64,000 nt of DNA from Oscillospiraceae bacterium (GTDB lineage Bacteria; Bacillota; Clostridia; Lachnospirales; Lachnospiraceae): positions 6,837 to 70,836 of the forward strand of contig CAVIHW010000003.1 of the NCBI GenBank assembly GCA_963642615.1, given 5' to 3'. The notes under the pieces were generated by a model. It had not been told where the DNA came from. It saw nothing but the letters and a program-made list of their open reading frames with translations, and searched no databases. The position numbers were made by a program, and so were the translations under genes. Shown here piece by piece: positions 61,791 to 64,000 of the stretch (position 1 is its first letter; each line of letters begins with the position of its first letter).

Positions 61791-63779
61791 ATGAACACAA
61801 TTGATACCCTGTCTGTAAATGCGATCCGCGTTTTGTCTGCAGATGCGATCCAGAAAGCAAAATCCGGTCATCCGGGTCTTCCGTTAGGCAGTGCTCCGGC
61901 AGCATATGAGCTCTGGATGAACCATATGAACCACAACCCGGCAGATCCGCAGTGGGCAAACCGTGACCGTTTCATCTTATCCGGCGGCCATGGTTCCATG
62001 CTGTTATACTCCTTACTTCACTTATTCGGATATGGCGATCTGTCTAAAGAAGATCTGATGAATTTCCGTCAGTTGGGTTCTAAGACAGCAGGTCATCCGG
62101 AGTACGGCCATACCGTTGGCGTGGAAGCTACTACCGGACCGTTAGGTGCCGGCATGGGCATGGCAGTCGGAATGGCCGCTGCAGAAGCACATCTGGCAGC
62201 CATCTTCAACAAAGAAAATTATCCGGTTGTTGACCATTATACCTATGTACTGGGTGGCGATGGCTGTATGATGGAAGGAATTTCCTCTGAGGCCTTCTCA
62301 CTGGCAGGCACTCTGGGCCTTTCTAAGCTGATCGTATTATATGATTCTAACCGCATCTCTATTGAAGGAAGCACAGACATTGCGTTTACCGAAAATGTAC
62401 AGGAGCGCATGGCAGCCTTTGGTTTCCAGACTCTGGATGTTGCAGACGGCAATGATTTAGATGAGATCGGCAAAGCCATCGAAGAGGCAAAGGCAGATAC
62501 CACCCGCCCGTCCTTCATTACCATCCATACCCAGATCGGTTATGGCTGTCCGGCAAAACAGGGCAAGGCAAGTGCACATGGTGAGCCTCTGGGCGAGGAG
62601 AACATCGAAGCCATGAAAGATTTCCTTGGATGGCCTTCCAAAGAACCGTTCTATGTACCGCAGGAGGTTTATGACCACTATGCCAAGGCAGCAGAAGAGA
62701 AGGCTGAGACCGAGGCTGCATGGAATGTGATGTTTGCTGCATACTGTCAGGAGTATCCGGAGATGGAAGCGCTCTGGAATCAGTATTATGGTGGTACGGA
62801 TGAGCTTGCCAAGGCTCTGATGGAAGATGATTCCTTCTGGGCAAACAGCGAGAAGGCCGAGGCAACCCGTAACCTCTCCGGTAAGGTCATCAACAAGTTA
62901 AAAGACCGTATGCCGAACCTGATCGGCGGTTCTGCTGACCTTGCACCGTCCAACAAGACCAATATGAGTGATGCCGGTGATTTCTCCAAGGCAGATTATG
63001 CAGGAAGAAACCTGCACTTTGGTGTACGTGAGCTTGCCATGACCGCGATCGGAAACGGCATGATGCTGCACGGCGGTCTGCGCACTTATGTATCTACCTT
63101 CTTTGTATTCAGTGATTATACCAAGCCGATGGCTCGCCTGTCCGCACTGATGAAACTGCCGTTAACCTTTGTGTTCACTCACGACAGCATTGGCGTAGGA
63201 GAGGACGGACCGACCCATGAGCCGATCGAGCAGCTGGCTATGTTCCGCGCAATGCCGAACTTCCATGTGTTCCGTCCGTGTGACGCAACGGAGACTGCAG
63301 CAGCGTGGTACAGCGCAGTGACTTCCAAGACAACGCCTACCGCACTGGTTCTGTCCCGTCAGAACCTGGCTCCGATGCCGGGCAGCTGCAAGGATGCGTT
63401 AAAGGGTGGCTATGTGATCGATGACTGTGAAGGAACCCCGGATCTGATCCTCATCGCTTCCGGTTCCGAAGTAGAGCTTTCTGTAAAGGCAAAAGAGATT
63501 CTGGCAGCAGAGGGCAAAAAGGTTCGCGTCGTATCCATGCCGTGTATGGATCTGTTCGAGGAGCAGTCCGCAGAATACAAGGAGTCTGTACTTCCGAAGG
63601 CAGTCCGCAAGCGTGTGGCAGTTGAGGCACTCAGTGATTTTGGCTGGGGCAAGTATGTCGGCCTGGATGGAGCCTGCGTAACCATGACCGGTTTCGGTGC
63701 AAGCGGTCCGGCAGCACAGCTCTTTGAGCACTTTGGCTTCACCGCAGAACACGTGGCTGAGGTAGCGCGTGGACTGTAA
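61791..63779 (+). CDS. tkt: transketolase
   Basis: 662 aa; SGHPGLPLG, GDGCMMEG ThDP motif, full-length family resemblance. Confidence 0.95.
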   Translation: MNTIDTLSVNAIRVLSADAIQKAKSGHPGLPLGSAPAAYELWMNHMNHNPADPQWANRDRFILSGGHGSMLLYSLLHLFGYGDLSKEDLMNFRQLGSKTAGHPEYGHTVGVEATTGPLGAGMGMAVGMAAAEAHLAAIFNKENYPVVDHYTYVLGGDGCMMEGISSEAFSLAGTLGLSKLIVLYDSNRISIEGSTDIAFTENVQERMAAFGFQTLDVADGNDLDEIGKAIEEAKADTTRPSFITIHTQIGYGCPAKQGKASAHGEPLGEENIEAMKDFLGWPSKEPFYVPQEVYDHYAKAAEEKAETEAAWNVMFAAYCQEYPEMEALWNQYYGGTDELAKALMEDDSFWANSEKAEATRNLSGKVINKLKDRMPNLIGGSADLAPSNKTNMSDAGDFSKADYAGRNLHFGVRELAMTAIGNGMMLHGGLRTYVSTFFVFSDYTKPMARLSALMKLPLTFVFTHDSIGVGEDGPTHEPIEQLAMFRAMPNFHVFRPCDATETAAAWYSAVTSKTTPTALVLSRQNLAPMPGSCKDALKGGYVIDDCEGTPDLILIASGSEVELSVKAKEILAAEGKKVRVVSMPCMDLFEEQSAEYKESVLPKAVRKRVAVEALSDFGWGKYVGLDGACVTMTGFGASGPAAQLFEHFGFTAEHVAEVARGL

Positions 63780-63803
63780 AGATAGTTAGAAAAGGCAGAT
63801 CAT

Positions 63804-63845
63804 ATCGCCCGGCAGATATTTCTGCCGGGCGATGCAATTTTTGAA
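63804..63845 (+). terminator. intrinsic terminator after tkt
   Basis: Perfect 13-bp stem ATCGCCCGGCAGA / TCTGCCGGGCGAT, 4-nt loop, then GCAATTTTT. Confidence 0.7.
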
Positions 63846-63862
63846 AGGGAGAGGATCTGGAT

Positions 63863-64000
63863 ATGCACGAGAATGGAAAAAAATGCATTGGCATTGACGT
63901 GGGAGGAACCACCGTCAAGCTTGGCCTGTTTGAAACAGACGGAACTTTGCTGTTCAAATGGGAAATTCCGACCAGAAAAGAAGAAAACGGGCGTTATATC
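63863..64000 (+). CDS. ROK-family glucokinase (5' part only; runs off the window)
   Basis: CIGIDVGGTTVKLGLF N-terminal ATP-binding motif; GAGAGGA RBS. Confidence 0.8.
   Translation, partial: MHENGKKCIGIDVGGTTVKLGLFETDGTLLFKWEIPTRKEENGRYI

Overview
Chromosomal segment of a Firmicutes/Clostridia-type (Lachnospiraceae-like) genome. This is inferred from AGGAGG-type RBSs, sigma-A-like promoters, a V-type ATPase operon and the overall gene content. All calls rest on motif recognition in the ORF translations and manual reading of intergenic DNA; no database search was run. No rRNA, CRISPR array, transposase, integrase or phage genes were seen. Content in order: (1) small redox and housekeeping genes (cbiL, flavin-reductase-like, DeoR + fsa/tal, Fe-S aldo/keto reductase, Crp/Fnr regulator, ferredoxin-like protein, trmB, trxA, a solitary tRNA-Lys(CTT)). 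(2) Cell-envelope genes (D-Ala-D-Ala carboxypeptidase, LysM-containing 5'-nucleotidase, DEDDh exonuclease, DUF4145-like/SH3b protein). (3) A nine-gene V-type ATPase operon (15.4-24.1 kb) followed by a 4x PG-binding NlpC/P60 lipoprotein. (4) A complete galacturonate (isomerase pathway) locus: LacI regulator, uxaC, TRAP transporter, divergent uxaA-uxaB-eda-kdgK, with readable promoters and twin palindromic operators. (5) A two-component system, an APH-family kinase, glgB + GH13 and an ArsR regulator. (6) A roughly 10-11 kb Gram-positive Tad/Flp-type pilus cluster (44.9-55.2 kb, possibly to 56.0 kb). (7) HIT, murG, mtnN, a structured intergenic element, two uncharacterised membrane proteins, tkt and the start of a ROK glucokinase. 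The best candidate for an under-described system is the Tad/Flp cluster. Its core is recognisable, but it also carries two divergent A24 peptidases, a TadE-like pseudopilin with a long basic leader and tandem Cys/His modules, a platform protein with a large extracytoplasmic insert, a translationally coupled FHA protein and an adjacent rhomboid protease. Other sequence-level points are a LacI regulator with an intact HTH but no canonical start codon, a Crp/Fnr-type palindrome at class-II distance from a -10 box, and an 82-nt hairpin whose mismatches resolve to G-U pairs only on the minus strand.
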